Shown here piece after piece: positions 13,723 to 23,457 of a DNA stretch of 64,000 bases. Position 1 is the stretch's first letter. Every line of letters starts with the position of its first letter. The notes under the pieces were generated by a model. The model made no database searches, was not told the DNA's origin, and saw only the letters and a program-made list of their open reading frames with translations. The position numbers and the translations under genes are program-made. The DNA is from Klebsiella phage vB_KM5a1-KLB31, in the sequence record PP582757.1; one strand, given 5' to 3'.

Positions 13723-13730
13723 TATGTAAC
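13723..13730 (+). promoter_or_regulatory. Late promoter TATAAATA for gene 22
   Basis: Exact TATAAATA 20 nt upstream of the ATG at 13750. Confidence 0.5.
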
Positions 13731-13749
13731 TTAACAACAGGACTACAAA

Positions 13750-14577
13750 ATGCTTAAAGAACAACTTATCGCTGAAGCTCAGACTATTGATGCTTCCGTT
13801 GCTCTTGACAGTATTTTCGAAACAGTTAATCTGTCCCCGGAAGCTAAAGAGACCTTTGGCACTGTATTCGAAGCAACCGTCAAGCAGCACGCCGTTAAAT
13901 TGGCAGAATCTCATATTGCTCTTATCGCTGAAAAAGCTGAAGAAGCAGTAGAAAAAAATAAAGAAGAAGCCGAAGAAAAAGCTGATAAAAAAATCGCTGA
14001 ATCTGCCGGTAAATTCTTAGACCATATCGCTAAAGAATGGATGGCTGAAAACCAGGTTGCTATCGACCGTGGTATCAAAGCAGACCTGTTCGAATCGATG
14101 GTTGGTGGTCTTAAAGAACTGTTCGTTGAACATAACGTTGTTATTCCAGAAGAAGCCGTGGACGTAGTCGCTGAAATGGAAGAAGAACTGGCTGAACAGA
14201 AACAAGAAACAGCTCGTCTGTTTGAAGAAGTAAGTAAGCGCGACTCGTACATCAATTACGTGCAGCGTGAAGTAGCGGTTAATGAAGCTACCGTCGATTT
14301 AACTGAATCTCAGAAAGAAAAAGTACAGTCTCTTGTAGAAGGTATGGATTATTCTGAATCCTTCGGTACTAAGTTGGGTGCAATCGTGACCATGGTTAAA
14401 GGTTCTACGGTCACCGAATCTGAAGCAAAACCAATCACTGAAGGTGCTATAAATACACCTGAAGATGATGCTTCAGCACTGAACTTCGTTACAGAAGCAG
14501 TTGAAGAAGATAAAGCCGTTAAGGCTCCAATGACCCTGGCTGACCAGGCTGCTGCTTTCGCAGCTCGAATTTCTTAA
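13750..14577 (+). CDS. 22: Prohead scaffolding core protein gp22
   Basis: 275 aa. Acidic and alanine-rich helical composition typical of gp22. Position before gene 23. Confidence 0.85.
   Translation: MLKEQLIAEAQTIDASVALDSIFETVNLSPEAKETFGTVFEATVKQHAVKLAESHIALIAEKAEEAVEKNKEEAEEKADKKIAESAGKFLDHIAKEWMAENQVAIDRGIKADLFESMVGGLKELFVEHNVVIPEEAVDVVAEMEEELAEQKQETARLFEEVSKRDSYINYVQREVAVNEATVDLTESQKEKVQSLVEGMDYSESFGTKLGAIVTMVKGSTVTESEAKPITEGAINTPEDDASALNFVTEAVEEDKAVKAPMTLADQAAAFAARIS
14448..14455 (+). promoter_or_regulatory. Candidate late promoter TATAAATA for gene 23, inside the 3' end of gene 22
   Basis: Exact TATAAATA about 143 nt upstream of the gene 23 ATG. No TATAAATA lies in the short 22-23 intergenic gap. 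Confidence 0.35.
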
Positions 14578-14597
14578 TTTAACAAGGTTATCAACAC

Positions 14598-16157
14598 ATG
14601 AAAAACAACACTCTCGTAACTAAATGGCAGAAACTGCTTGAGAACGAAAACCTGCCTGAAATCGTAGGTGCGTCTAAACAAGCTATCATTGCTAAAATCT
14701 TCGAAAACCAGGAAACTGATATTCTTCAGGCTCCTGAATACCGTGACGAAAAAATCGCTGAAGCGTTTGGTTCTTTCTTGACCGAAGCTGAAATCGGTGG
14801 TGACCACGGTTATGATGCAACCAACATCGCTTCTGGTAATGCTTCTGGTGCTGTTACCCAGATCGGTCCAGCAGTAATGGGTATGGTTCGTCGTGCTATT
14901 CCTCATCTGATCGCTTTCGACATCTGTGGTGTTCAGCCTCTGAACAACCCAACTGGCCAGGTATTTGCTCTGCGTGCCGTTTACGGTAAAGACCCAATCG
15001 CTGCCGGTGCTAAAGAAGCGTTCCACCCAATGTACGCTCCAGATGCAATGTTCTCAGGCCAAGGCGCTGCTGAAGTCTTCGAGAAAATCGCTGCTGGTAA
15101 AGCTCTGACCGCTGGTAAAATCTACGTTCACGATTTCGTAGAAACTGGCCGTGCACACGTTCAGGCTGTTGAAGCTGTGACCGTTGATGCTGGTGCTACC
15201 GATGCTGGTAAACTGGATGCTGAAGTTGCTAAGCTCCTGGAAGCTGGTACCGTTGCAGAAATCGCTGAAGGTATGGCTACTTCTATCGCCGAACTGCAGG
15301 AAGGCTTCAATGGTTCTACTGACAACCCGTGGAACGAAATGGGCTTCCGTATCGATAAACAAGTTATCGAAGCTAAATCCCGTCAGCTGAAAGCAAGCTA
15401 CTCTATCGAACTGGCACAGGACCTGCGCGCAGTACACGGTATGGACGCTGATGCCGAACTGAGTGGTATTCTGGCTACAGAAATTATGCTGGAAATCAAC
15501 CGTGAAGTAATCGATTGGATTAACTTCTCTGCACAGGTTGGTAAATCTGGTATGACCCAGACCGTTGGTTCTAAAGCCGGTGTGTTTGACTTCCAGGACC
15601 CTATCGACGTACGTGGTGCTCGTTGGGCTGGTGAAAGCTTCAAAGCTCTGATGTTCCAGATTGACAAAGAATCTGCTGAAATCGCTCGTCAGACCGGTCG
15701 TGGTGCAGGTAACTTCCTGATTGCTTCTCGTAACGTTGTTAACGTATTGGCTGCAGTTGACCCAAGCGTTTCTCCAGCAGCACAGGGTCTGGGCCAGGGT
15801 TATAACGTTGACACTACCAAAGCAACCTTCGCAGGTGTTCTGGGTGGTCGTTACCGTGTGTATATCGACCAGTACGCTCGTCAGGACTACTTCACCATTG
15901 GTTATAAAGGTTCTAACGAGATGGACGCAGGTATCTACTACGCGCCATACGTTGCACTGACTCCACTGCGTGGTTCCGATCCGAAGAACTTCCAGCCGGT
16001 AATGGGCTTCAAAACTCGTTACGGTATCGGTATCAACCCGTTTGCTGATAGCGCTGCACAACAGCCTAAAGGTCGTATCACTTCAGGCATGCCTGATATC
16101 GTGAACAGCCTGGGTCTGAACGGTTACTTCCGTCGTGTATATGTTAAAGGTATCTAA
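14598..16157 (+). CDS. 23: Major capsid protein gp23
   Basis: 519 aa. Near-identity to T4 gp23 along the whole length (e.g. GPAVMGMVRRAIP, DNPWNEMGFRIDKQVIEAKSRQLKA, GSDPKNFQPVMGFKTRYGIGINPF). Confidence 0.97.
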   Translation: MKNNTLVTKWQKLLENENLPEIVGASKQAIIAKIFENQETDILQAPEYRDEKIAEAFGSFLTEAEIGGDHGYDATNIASGNASGAVTQIGPAVMGMVRRAIPHLIAFDICGVQPLNNPTGQVFALRAVYGKDPIAAGAKEAFHPMYAPDAMFSGQGAAEVFEKIAAGKALTAGKIYVHDFVETGRAHVQAVEAVTVDAGATDAGKLDAEVAKLLEAGTVAEIAEGMATSIAELQEGFNGSTDNPWNEMGFRIDKQVIEAKSRQLKASYSIELAQDLRAVHGMDADAELSGILATEIMLEINREVIDWINFSAQVGKSGMTQTVGSKAGVFDFQDPIDVRGARWAGESFKALMFQIDKESAEIARQTGRGAGNFLIASRNVVNVLAAVDPSVSPAAQGLGQGYNVDTTKATFAGVLGGRYRVYIDQYARQDYFTIGYKGSNEMDAGIYYAPYVALTPLRGSDPKNFQPVMGFKTRYGIGINPFADSAAQQPKGRITSGMPDIVNSLGLNGYFRRVYVKGI

Positions 16158-16167
16158 TACCTAACAA

Positions 16168-16200
16168 ATGGGAGACTTCGGTCTCCCATTTTTGTTTCTT
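16168..16200 (+). terminator. Terminator after gene 23 (AUGGGAGAC-UUCG-GUCUCCCAU plus T-run)
   Basis: Perfect 9-bp stem, UUCG loop, followed by tttttgtttctt. Confidence 0.7.
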
Positions 16201-16206
16201 GACCAT

Positions 16207-16214
16207 TATAAATA
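16207..16214 (+). promoter_or_regulatory. Late promoter TATAAATA for gene 24
   Basis: Exact TATAAATA 27 nt upstream of the ATG. AAGAGGAA Shine-Dalgarno follows. Confidence 0.55.
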
Positions 16215-16240
16215 ATCATATACACTAAGAGGAATGTGCA

Positions 16241-17521
16241 ATGAGTAAAATTCATGACCTGTTGCGCGAATCAACAACTACCGTAGCCAACTCCGAGGCT
16301 CGTCCAAATCTTGTTGCACTGACTCGCGCCACTACAAAATTAATTTACAGTGATATTGTTGCACAGCAACGTACCACTCAACCTGTAGCTGCATTATATG
16401 GTGTCAAATATCTGTCGCCCGATAATGAATTCACATTTGCTACTGCTGCAACTTATGCAGGTGCTATTGGTTCAGAAGAACGTAAAACTATTCCTGAATA
16501 TACTGCTGGTATTAAAGCAGGATTGAAGAAAGGTGATTTTTTCAAATATCAGAATGTCGTTTATAAAGTATTAGTAGATGCGCCATTTGCTAATATCACT
16601 GAAACTGATTTGACTTTGTCTCTTCAAATTGCCTTAGTTCTTCTGACTGTTCGACTTATGTCTGATGCAGCTGATACCGAGAAATTTGAAGGTGGTGACC
16701 ATATTGCAGAAGCTAAATTCAAAATCAACAAATGGCAAGCTCATGTTCGTACTCGTAAACTGAAAAGTTCTCTGACTATTGAATTGGCCCAGGACCTTGA
16801 AGCTAACGGCTTTGATGCTCCTAATTTTGTTGAAGATGTATTGGCTACTGAAATGGCCGACGAAATCAACAAAGATATTTTACAGAGCTTAGTGACCATC
16901 TCCAAGCGTTATAAAGTTGAAGGCATTACCGATACCGGTTTCCTGGATTTAAGTTACCTTGCCGCGCCTGAAGCTGGTCGTTCTCTGTATCGTATGGTTT
17001 GTGAAATGGTTTCACATATTCAGCGTTCAACCACTTATACTGGTACATTTGTTGTTGCGTCTACGCGAGCGGCAGCGGTACTCGCCGCATCTGGCTGGTT
17101 GAAACATAAACCTGAAGACGACCAATATCTCTCTCAGAACGCCTATGGCTTCCTGGCTAATGGTCTGCCACTGTATTGTGATACAAACACTCCACTGGAC
17201 TATGTGATTGTTGGCGTTAAGGAAGATTTAGGTGGGAAGGAAGTAGTTGGTTCACTGTTCTACGCTCCTTATACTGAAGGTCTGAATTTAGATGACCCTG
17301 AACATGTAGGTACGTTTAAGGTTGTTGTTGACCCAGATAGTTTACAGCCTTCTGTTGCATTACTCGTTCGTTATGCATTGGCGGCAAACCCGTATACGGT
17401 TGCTAAAGATGATAAGGAAGCTCGTATTATCGATGCGGGTAATATGGACTTAATGGCGGGACGTAGTGACCTTTCTGTACTGCTTGGTGTCAAGCTTCCA
17501 GAAATCATTATTGAAGACTAA
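16241..17521 (+). CDS. 24: Capsid vertex protein gp24
   Basis: 426 aa. Strong match to T4 gp24 (LVALTRATTKLIYSDIVA, NGFDAPNF, EMADEINKDILQSL, GRSLYRMVCEMVSHIQ). Confidence 0.95.
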   Translation: MSKIHDLLRESTTTVANSEARPNLVALTRATTKLIYSDIVAQQRTTQPVAALYGVKYLSPDNEFTFATAATYAGAIGSEERKTIPEYTAGIKAGLKKGDFFKYQNVVYKVLVDAPFANITETDLTLSLQIALVLLTVRLMSDAADTEKFEGGDHIAEAKFKINKWQAHVRTRKLKSSLTIELAQDLEANGFDAPNFVEDVLATEMADEINKDILQSLVTISKRYKVEGITDTGFLDLSYLAAPEAGRSLYRMVCEMVSHIQRSTTYTGTFVVASTRAAAVLAASGWLKHKPEDDQYLSQNAYGFLANGLPLYCDTNTPLDYVIVGVKEDLGGKEVVGSLFYAPYTEGLNLDDPEHVGTFKVVVDPDSLQPSVALLVRYALAANPYTVAKDDKEARIIDAGNMDLMAGRSDLSVLLGVKLPEIIIED

Positions 17522-17524
17522 AAA

Positions 17525-17552
17525 TAAAGGGAACCGTAAGGTTCCCTTTTTC
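17525..17552. terminator. Bidirectional terminator between gene 24 (+) and rnlB (-): AGGGAACC-GUAA-GGUUCCCU flanked by A- and T-runs
   Basis: aaataaagggaaccgtaaggttccctttttcg. Confidence 0.7.
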
Positions 17553-17555
17553 GTA

Positions 17556-18566
17556 TTAATTCGATACTAATTCAATCCATACAGGACGAATAACACCCTG
17601 TACATAAGTTACAAGTTCTTTCTTCACAACATCTGGCTGGTCGGCATCAGTAATAAAGATTTCTTCACGACCCGCTTCTTCAAGAATATCTTGAACAGTC
17701 AGACCCATCACTTTACCGAAGTCTTTCGGGCCTACTTCACCAATCTTACTAATAACGTTGTTAACACGGTTCAGAGTGGCATAAGCCGCTAATGTAGACA
17801 GTGTAACTTTATCAATATCAGTCAGAACTACTGCGGCCTTAATAGGCTTATCTGATTTAGCCTTTTCACTGAACTTAGAGTTCTTACACTTAATAGCCAC
17901 ACGAGTACCATTAGGGAAGAACTTAGGATAACAAGGCTTCAGAACATAACCTTCTGCAATATTACGTGTGCCTGGCTCGATACCAAACGTGTGTTTATTA
18001 GCCGTTTCAAGGTCAACATGCTTAATCAGAGAATTATATGAACCAACAACTACATCAAAGTCGTTAGGAAGTTGAGCCAAAACATCAAATTTACCGCGAC
18101 CGAGCAATGGAGCCATTTTGAAGCCAAACGTATTACACATGGTTTCCATCATGTAATCATCTACAAACTGATTAGTGCCTTGATCGGTCTTAACCAGGAT
18201 ATCGAAGACATAGAAGTCTTTCTCACCATAATCAACACCCTTCTGAATTCCACCACCAGCAAACTCACCAAAAATCTGCATCGAAGAGCCTTCTTTAATA
18301 GTGTGCTGTACTGCCTTGATACTGTCATTATATTTCTTCAGAATAACAGAGTAACCAAAGAAATCTTCAGCTGGTAGAATAGGACCAGTGCGCTTCGCGC
18401 ATGTGACTGCGTCACGTTCAATTATGATACTAAAGTTTGTACCATGAATCTTTTCACGTGCTACCCAACCTTCAGTTACATCAAGGCCTGCACCACGAAT
18501 CTTCTCAATAAACTTACCATTGTAGTGGTTTTCAAGACTGGAATACTTTTCGAACATAATAAACAT
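17556..18566 (-). CDS. rnlB: RNA ligase 2 (Rnl2)
   Basis: 336 aa. [33 protein letters not shown] and [10 protein letters not shown] motifs match T4 Rnl2. Confidence 0.9.
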   Translation of the reverse strand: MFIMFEKYSSLENHYNGKFIEKIRGAGLDVTEGWVAREKIHGTNFSIIIERDAVTCAKRTGPILPAEDFFGYSVILKKYNDSIKAVQHTIKEGSSMQIFGEFAGGGIQKGVDYGEKDFYVFDILVKTDQGTNQFVDDYMMETMCNTFGFKMAPLLGRGKFDVLAQLPNDFDVVVGSYNSLIKHVDLETANKHTFGIEPGTRNIAEGYVLKPCYPKFFPNGTRVAIKCKNSKFSEKAKSDKPIKAAVVLTDIDKVTLSTLAAYATLNRVNNVISKIGEVGPKDFGKVMGLTVQDILEEAGREEIFITDADQPDVVKKELVTYVQGVIRPVWIELVSN

Positions 18567-18639
18567 CCTATATTAATAGAAACGATCTTCTTACCCGGGC
18601 CGTTATAAATAGCACCCAAACCATTATAACTAAATATAA

Positions 18640-18660
18640 CACATAAAATTTAAAGCATAT
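18640..18660 (-). promoter_or_regulatory. Candidate MotA-dependent middle promoter for rnlB (MotA box TATGCTTTA)
   Basis: Minus-strand reading aatatGCTTTAaattttatgtgtTATATT matches the MotA-box consensus (a/t)(a/t)TGCTT(t/c)A about 12 nt upstream of a -10-like element. Confidence 0.3.
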
Positions 18661-18665
18661 TTGAA

Positions 18666-19034
18666 TTAGTAAACAATTTCAACCCAATCGCCATCGCGTT
18701 GGTCATGTTTCCAATTAACTACTACGCCTTCATCCTGCATCCACTTTGTCAACTGGTCTTTATATTTCTTTGCCAGAGCAGATGGGTACCAGTTGAATTG
18801 ACGTTTTCCTTTCATTGCCTGGTTTTTAAATTCCAGTTCGACTTCATCTTGTGCCTGTTTGAGCTCGCCTGTGGCGACAGACTCCGCCAAGGCACCGTAA
18901 TGAGCAGCCAGAGTAGTAATACGTGTCTCTTTGTTTGAGGGCTTCAGACCGCCAATAGGATGGCCTGATTCATCCCAACCTTGGATACGACGTTCATTTT
19001 TAAATTGCTCGGATGGAAACATTGGGTCACGCAT
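18666..19034 (-). CDS. Hypothetical protein (position of T4 24.2)
   Basis: 122 aa ORF between rnlB and hoc. No recognisable motif. Confidence 0.45.
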   Translation of the reverse strand: MRDPMFPSEQFKNERRIQGWDESGHPIGGLKPSNKETRITTLAAHYGALAESVATGELKQAQDEVELEFKNQAMKGKRQFNWYPSALAKKYKDQLTKWMQDEGVVVNWKHDQRDGDWVEIVY

Positions 19035-19245
19035 TGTAGCCTCTCATTTTCTCAACTAATTTAGTGTGATTGGTGATTAAACGTTTACGATAAACAACAC
19101 GTTCACGGTTCTTTGCACGTTCCTTAGCCTTCTCAACTTTAATCCATTCCTTCATAGCTTCTTTAGCACTGATGCCGAACTGTTTAGCGATATCAATGAA
19201 GGTTACACCGTTCTCGTGCATCATATGAATCTTTAATGCTTTCAT
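19027..19245 (-). CDS. Small putative helix-turn-helix DNA-binding protein (position of T4 24.3)
   Basis: 72 aa. GVTFIDIAKQFGISAKEAMKEW resembles a helix-turn-helix, followed by a basic tail. Confidence 0.45.
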   Translation of the reverse strand: MKALKIHMMHENGVTFIDIAKQFGISAKEAMKEWIKVEKAKERAKNRERVVYRKRLITNHTKLVEKMRGYNA

Positions 19246-19295
19246 TTGTTATCTCACTTATGAATGTAGGGACATTAAATCATCAAGTTTTAAAA

Positions 19296-19325
19296 GCAAA
19301 AAAGGACTCCCGAAGGAGTCCTTTA
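19296..19325 (-). terminator. Terminator after hoc (minus strand: AGGACUCC-UUCG-GGAGUCCU plus U7)
   Basis: Plus strand is aaaaaaggactcccgaaggagtccttt, which reads as hairpin plus T-run on the minus strand. Confidence 0.6.
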
Positions 19326-19326
19326 A

Positions 19327-20148
19327 TTAGTAGATAATACCTGCATCTAAAGCAGAACGATGAACAATTCGTCCATTACGGGATTCTTGAACATCAACTT
19401 CAGGATAATCATCAATCATTTTAGCAAGATTAGCTAAATGGCAGTAGTAAGGGGTGTCGGCTGCCGTGGCAGTTTTCCAATCCTTACCTTCGACAGTAAG
19501 TTTCTGAATGGCATCCATAACCCACCAACCAGCCCAGATATAAGCAGAAGTTCGGTGCGGAAGAGGGTGGACATAAAGAATAGGACATTCAGCCGGGATT
19601 TCTGCTTCAGCCGACTGAACGGTTATTACAACTACATTAGATGTTTCTGATGCTGGGTCAAAACCTGCCGCAGTAGCCGATACGGTACAACTTAAATTAA
19701 TAGTTCCTTCGGTAGAAGCCGTAGCAGTAATATTTGCCGTAGTTTCACCAGTAGACCAGCTATAAGTCAATGCAGCACCTGGAGCCTGACCAGTAACTGC
19801 AACAGAGGCGGTATATTCTTCGCCAACTTTAAGAGTCGTTGGCTGAGCTGTTGCAACAACAGATAAAGTCATGACATCATTAACCGTAAGGTTGGTTGTC
19901 TGAGTCTGAACATCATCCGGCTCTGAATCAACTTTAGTGGTGGAAACAACTTTAATTACTTTAACACCTGCCGTAGCGGCTGTGTAATTAAAGGCGTCGG
20001 TTACAGAACTCTGAACTACATTGTCAACAGACCATTCATAAGTGGTCGTTGCACCTTCAGGGGCTCCCGTTAAAGTAGTGGTAAATGCTTGAGAATCACC
20101 AACAGTAATAGTCGGATTACTCGGTAAAAGTGTAAGAACAGTTGCCAT
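19327..20148 (-). CDS. hoc: Highly immunogenic outer capsid protein Hoc (short form)
   Basis: 273 aa, T/S-rich Ig-like beta composition. Position between rnlB and inh, as in T4. Confidence 0.7.
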   Translation of the reverse strand: MATVLTLLPSNPTITVGDSQAFTTTLTGAPEGATTTYEWSVDNVVQSSVTDAFNYTAATAGVKVIKVVSTTKVDSEPDDVQTQTTNLTVNDVMTLSVVATAQPTTLKVGEEYTASVAVTGQAPGAALTYSWSTGETTANITATASTEGTINLSCTVSATAAGFDPASETSNVVVITVQSAEAEIPAECPILYVHPLPHRTSAYIWAGWWVMDAIQKLTVEGKDWKTATAADTPYYCHLANLAKMIDDYPEVDVQESRNGRIVHRSALDAGIIY

Positions 20149-20177
20149 ATTAATTCCTTAGTAAAGGGCCGAAGCCC

Positions 20178-20927
20178 TTAATCCAAAATAACAAAACTAG
20201 AGTTACGTGTTTCGCGAATGCGAACTGAACCCTCACGCTTGATGTAATAAATCAAACTTAGAACTGTATCTAACCCGTAGTGATGTGGGAAACTTTTAGG
20301 TTTGGATTTCCAATCTGGGTTCTTTGTAATCCATTCGTAAATCCACCAAGGGAGAGTACAATAACCTTGACCTGGTCCGATTTTAGTTAATGACGGGCTG
20401 TAATTAGCCGGGAGTTCATATAACTCAGCTTTTTCAGATTCGATGATGGTTTGAATAGCCTGATTTAAATGCTCTTCATTAATAGGCTCGACAGGTTTTT
20501 CAATTACTTCACCTTCAGATGTTACGGTGATAGTGACATCGCCGATCGGAGCACTCGGAATAAATGGCGTACGAAGTTCGACTTCAGGAACTTTGATTTC
20601 AAGAACTTCAGGACGTTCGGTAGGACTGTCAAACAGAAGCTTGGCTTCTTCTTTTGCGCCTTCATCATCATTGATAATGAATTCTTTCTTACCTTCAAGT
20701 TCGTCATCAGCATCGATAAGGTCTGAAATAGATAGGCCTTCATTATCTTCAGGCAGAGGTTCAGACGCCAACTCTTTTAAACCGGCTTCGATATCAAGAA
20801 CAAGATTTTCAAACGAACGAGTTTTCTTGACTTTGATACCAAATTGTTCGGCATACGCTACGAGCTTATCTTTAGCTTCTTTTTTATCTTCGAGTGCACG
20901 AAGGTCTTCAATATATTGGTAATCCAT
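20178..20927 (-). CDS. inh: Inh-like protein (inhibitor of prohead protease gp21)
   Basis: 249 aa. N-terminus YQYIEDLRALEDKKEAKDKLVAYAEQFGIKVKK resembles T4 Inh. Located between hoc and uvsW. Confidence 0.6.
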   Translation of the reverse strand: MDYQYIEDLRALEDKKEAKDKLVAYAEQFGIKVKKTRSFENLVLDIEAGLKELASEPLPEDNEGLSISDLIDADDELEGKKEFIINDDEGAKEEAKLLFDSPTERPEVLEIKVPEVELRTPFIPSAPIGDVTITVTSEGEVIEKPVEPINEEHLNQAIQTIIESEKAELYELPANYSPSLTKIGPGQGYCTLPWWIYEWITKNPDWKSKPKSFPHHYGLDTVLSLIYYIKREGSVRIRETRNSSFVILD

Positions 20928-20946
20928 AATGTTGTCTCTTCTAGTG

Positions 20947-20968
20947 TATAAATATGTATGTATTTATA
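20947..20968. promoter_or_regulatory. Divergent late promoters: TATAAATA on the plus strand (20947-20954, uvsW side) and on the minus strand (20961-20968, inh-hoc side)
   Basis: gtgtataaatatgtatgtatttataac. Confidence 0.45.
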
Positions 20969-20984
20969 ACTGGGACTGACTCCA

Positions 20985-22484
20985 ATGCAAATTAATGTTC
21001 ATTTTGAAAATTTTAGTCATGTTCGTATTGAGTGTGATGAATCCACTTTTTACGAATTAAGAGACTACTTCAGTTTTGAAGCTGATGGGTACAAATTTAA
21101 TCCAAAATACAAGTACGGTCAATGGGACGGACGAATTCGTCTTTTAGACTACAATAAACTTTTACCATTTGGTCTTGTAAGCCAGATGAAGAAATTTGCA
21201 TCTCAATTCGAGTATCATCTTTGGATTGACCCGAAGATTGCAGAAAAAGAAGAGATTAGCAAAGACGATTACACTAAGTGGATTGATGGCCTTGATATTT
21301 ACTCAGGCAATACTCAAATCAAGCCACATTGGTATCAATTTGACGCCGTGTTGCATGGCCTGACAAATCGTCGCTCGATTCTGAATTTACCTACATCGGC
21401 AGGTAAATCATTAATTCAGGCACTCCTGGCACGTTATTACGTTGAGAACTATGAGGGTAAAATTTTAATCCTGGTCCCAACAACTGCTCTGGTCGATCAG
21501 ATGATTAATGACTTTGCCGATTATCGTTTATTTGGCAAACAGCATATGCTTGGTATTCGTGCTGGGACAAAGCGTGATTCTGATGCAATGATTTATGTTT
21601 CAACATACCAAACCGCAGTGAAACAACCTAAAGAATGGTTCCATCAGTTCGGCATGTTTATGAACGATGAATGCCACTTAGCGACCGGTAAATCTATTTC
21701 TACCATTATTGAAGGGTTAACGAACTGTATGTTTAAGTTCGGTCTTTCAGGTTCTCTGAAAGATGGCAAAGCCAACCTTATGCAATACATGGGTCTGTTT
21801 GGTGATATCTTCCGTCCTGTTTCAACATCACAATTAATGGATGAAGGCGCGGTAACCGAACTGAAAATTAACTCAATCTTCCTTCGTTATCCAGATGAAT
21901 TCTGCGTTAAGATGAAAGGTAAAGATTACCAGACCGAAATTAAAGTTATCACTAAAGCTGATAGACGAAATAAATGGATTGCAAATTTAGCCGTTAAATT
22001 AGCTAAGAAAGACGAGAACGTATTCTTGATGTTCAAAAATATCGAACACGGTAAAAAGCTCGTCGAACTAGTTAAAGAAGCAGGTGGCAAGCAAGTTTAT
22101 TATGTGTCAGGTGAAGTGACTACTGAAGTTCGTAATGCTCTTAAAGTTATGGCCGAAAACGGTAAGGGTATTATCGTAGTAGCTTCTTATGGCGTATTCT
22201 CTACTGGTATCAGTGTTAAGAACTTACACCATATTATTTTCGCTCATCCGGTGAAATCTAAAATTATTGTCTTGCAGACAATTGGCCGAGTTCTTCGTAA
22301 ACATGATTCTAAAGATGTTGCCCAAGTATGGGACATCATTGATGATATGGGTGTTAAACCTAAATCAGCATCTGCTAAAAAGAAATATGTTCACTTGAAC
22401 TACGCGTTGAAACACGCATTAGAGCGTATCCAACGATATGCTGATGAAAAATTTAACTACGTTATGAAACAGGTAGAAATCTAA
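20985..22484 (+). CDS. uvsW: UvsW helicase (SF2 ATP-dependent DNA helicase)
   Basis: 499 aa. About 80 percent identical to T4 UvsW (estimated from recall; FHDFSHVRIECDESTF, LNLPTSAGKSLIQALLA, MNDECHLATGKS, VASYGVFSTGISVKNLHH). Confidence 0.95.
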   Translation: MQINVHFENFSHVRIECDESTFYELRDYFSFEADGYKFNPKYKYGQWDGRIRLLDYNKLLPFGLVSQMKKFASQFEYHLWIDPKIAEKEEISKDDYTKWIDGLDIYSGNTQIKPHWYQFDAVLHGLTNRRSILNLPTSAGKSLIQALLARYYVENYEGKILILVPTTALVDQMINDFADYRLFGKQHMLGIRAGTKRDSDAMIYVSTYQTAVKQPKEWFHQFGMFMNDECHLATGKSISTIIEGLTNCMFKFGLSGSLKDGKANLMQYMGLFGDIFRPVSTSQLMDEGAVTELKINSIFLRYPDEFCVKMKGKDYQTEIKVITKADRRNKWIANLAVKLAKKDENVFLMFKNIEHGKKLVELVKEAGGKQVYYVSGEVTTEVRNALKVMAENGKGIIVVASYGVFSTGISVKNLHHIIFAHPVKSKIIVLQTIGRVLRKHDSKDVAQVWDIIDDMGVKPKSASAKKKYVHLNYALKHALERIQRYADEKFNYVMKQVEI

Positions 22485-22711
22485 TGAAATCATTTGCCGA
22501 TATTATGTATGAAGCCGCTATTGAAGGCTTTATGGCTAAAATCGGCTCTTGTCAGACCACGGACGGTTTGAAGGAGCTGGAAGGCTATTACAAGAAACGC
22601 TCTAAAGAAGCAGAACTGAAGGATTCTGATGACATCAGTATTCGTGATGCTTTGGAAGGGAAGAAAATTGAACTTTCGTCTATTGATGACGAGAAAGAAG
22701 AAGACTTCTGA
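22484..22711 (+). CDS. uvsW.1: UvsW.1 (UvsW C-terminal accessory domain protein)
   Basis: 75 aa ORF, ATGA-coupled to uvsW. T4 UvsW.1 is 76 aa. Confidence 0.7.
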   Translation: MKSFADIMYEAAIEGFMAKIGSCQTTDGLKELEGYYKKRSKEAELKDSDDISIRDALEGKKIELSSIDDEKEEDF

Positions 22712-22712
22712 T

Positions 22713-22750
22713 ACAAAAAAGCCCCAACCGTAAGGAAGGGGCAAAAACCA
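22713..22750. terminator. Bidirectional terminator between convergent uvsW.1 and the uvsY-downstream ORF (GCCCC...GGGGC hairpin with A-runs either side)
   Basis: aaaaaagccccaaccgtaaggaaggggcaaaaacc. Confidence 0.5.
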
Positions 22751-22767
22751 ACAAGTTGGCTATCACA

Positions 22768-22935
22768 CTAGATTAGTAATTGAGTTTCATTAAGCTGCTC
22801 TTCGGTATTTTCCGTAACTGGCAAGCTTTGGGCATAATTATAACATGGACCTGGATGGCAAGGGCCTTTGTCTGAATGAACAACCAATACAGAGTCGATT
22901 GGAGTTTTACAGACAACACAAATCTGTTCTGACAT
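22768..22935 (-). CDS. Small Cys4 zinc-ribbon protein, uvsY.-2-like; under the 60-aa cutoff of the ORF track
   Basis: Hand translation gives MSEQICVVCKTPIDSVLVVHSDKGPCHPGPCYNYAQSLPVTENTEEQLNETQLLI (55 aa) with a CxxC...CxxxxC pattern. Lies between uvsW.1 and uvsY as in T4. Confidence 0.5.
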   Translation of the reverse strand: MSEQICVVCKTPIDSVLVVHSDKGPCHPGPCYNYAQSLPVTENTEEQLNETQLLI

Positions 22936-22967
22936 GATTGTCTCCTTAGTTTCTTTTACAAATTTAT

Positions 22968-23399
22968 TTATACATCACCTGCTTCGAACTTGCGAATTTC
23001 ATGCATAGTTTTAAGATTAAAACCACGTGCCTTGATTGCATCAAGAGCAGAACTAGCAAAGTCTTGCAACAGTTGCCAATATTGAATGCTTGTATCAATC
23101 TTTAACAGACTTGAATCAGCAGCCAATACGGTTTTCATTTCGGACCTTTCATATTGGTCCATACACACTTCTTCGCCTGGCTCACCACGACCAGTATAGA
23201 AATCCAATGCCTTTTTACCAGCAGTCTTTTTCTGAATTTCCAACCTCATGATTTCCTTCTTACAGTTACTATAAAGGCGAAGCCACTTGCTGTGCAGCAA
23301 GACGTTGTTCTGTACTTCCCACTGCAATTTAGTACTGTCAATCTTTAAATCACCATCCAATTCATCTTGGAAAGCTTCTAACTTAAACTCTACTGCCAT
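22968..23399 (-). CDS. uvsY: Recombination mediator UvsY
   Basis: 143 aa. STKLQWEVQNNVLLHSKWLRL, ERSEMKTVLAADSSLLKIDTSIQYW and LDAIKARGF match T4 UvsY. Confidence 0.9.
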   Translation of the reverse strand: MAVEFKLEAFQDELDGDLKIDSTKLQWEVQNNVLLHSKWLRLYSNCKKEIMRLEIQKKTAGKKALDFYTGRGEPGEEVCMDQYERSEMKTVLAADSSLLKIDTSIQYWQLLQDFASSALDAIKARGFNLKTMHEIRKFEAGDV

Positions 23400-23457
23400 A
23401 ATGTTTTCCTGTTAAACAACCCATAGACCCATTATAACATCACATTCCAGGGAGCAA

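Noticed and set aside
15054-16061. 335-aa minus-strand ORF antisense to gene 23. Similar antisense ORFs at 14574-15026, 15398-15667 and 15721-15960
   Set aside because: It lies wholly inside the near-T4-identical major capsid gene. It is Cys/Thr/Val-rich low-complexity sequence arising from the antisense of an A/G-rich coding strand, and has no ribosome-binding site. Judged spurious.
18604-18611. Plus-strand TATAAATA in the rnlB/24.2 intergenic region that would point antisense into minus-strand genes
   Set aside because: There is no downstream plus-strand gene. The same spacer on the minus strand holds a MotA-box-like TATGCTTTA plus a -10-like element for rnlB, which is the more economical reading. 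The match is most likely an AT-rich coincidence. An antisense late RNA cannot be excluded without transcript data.
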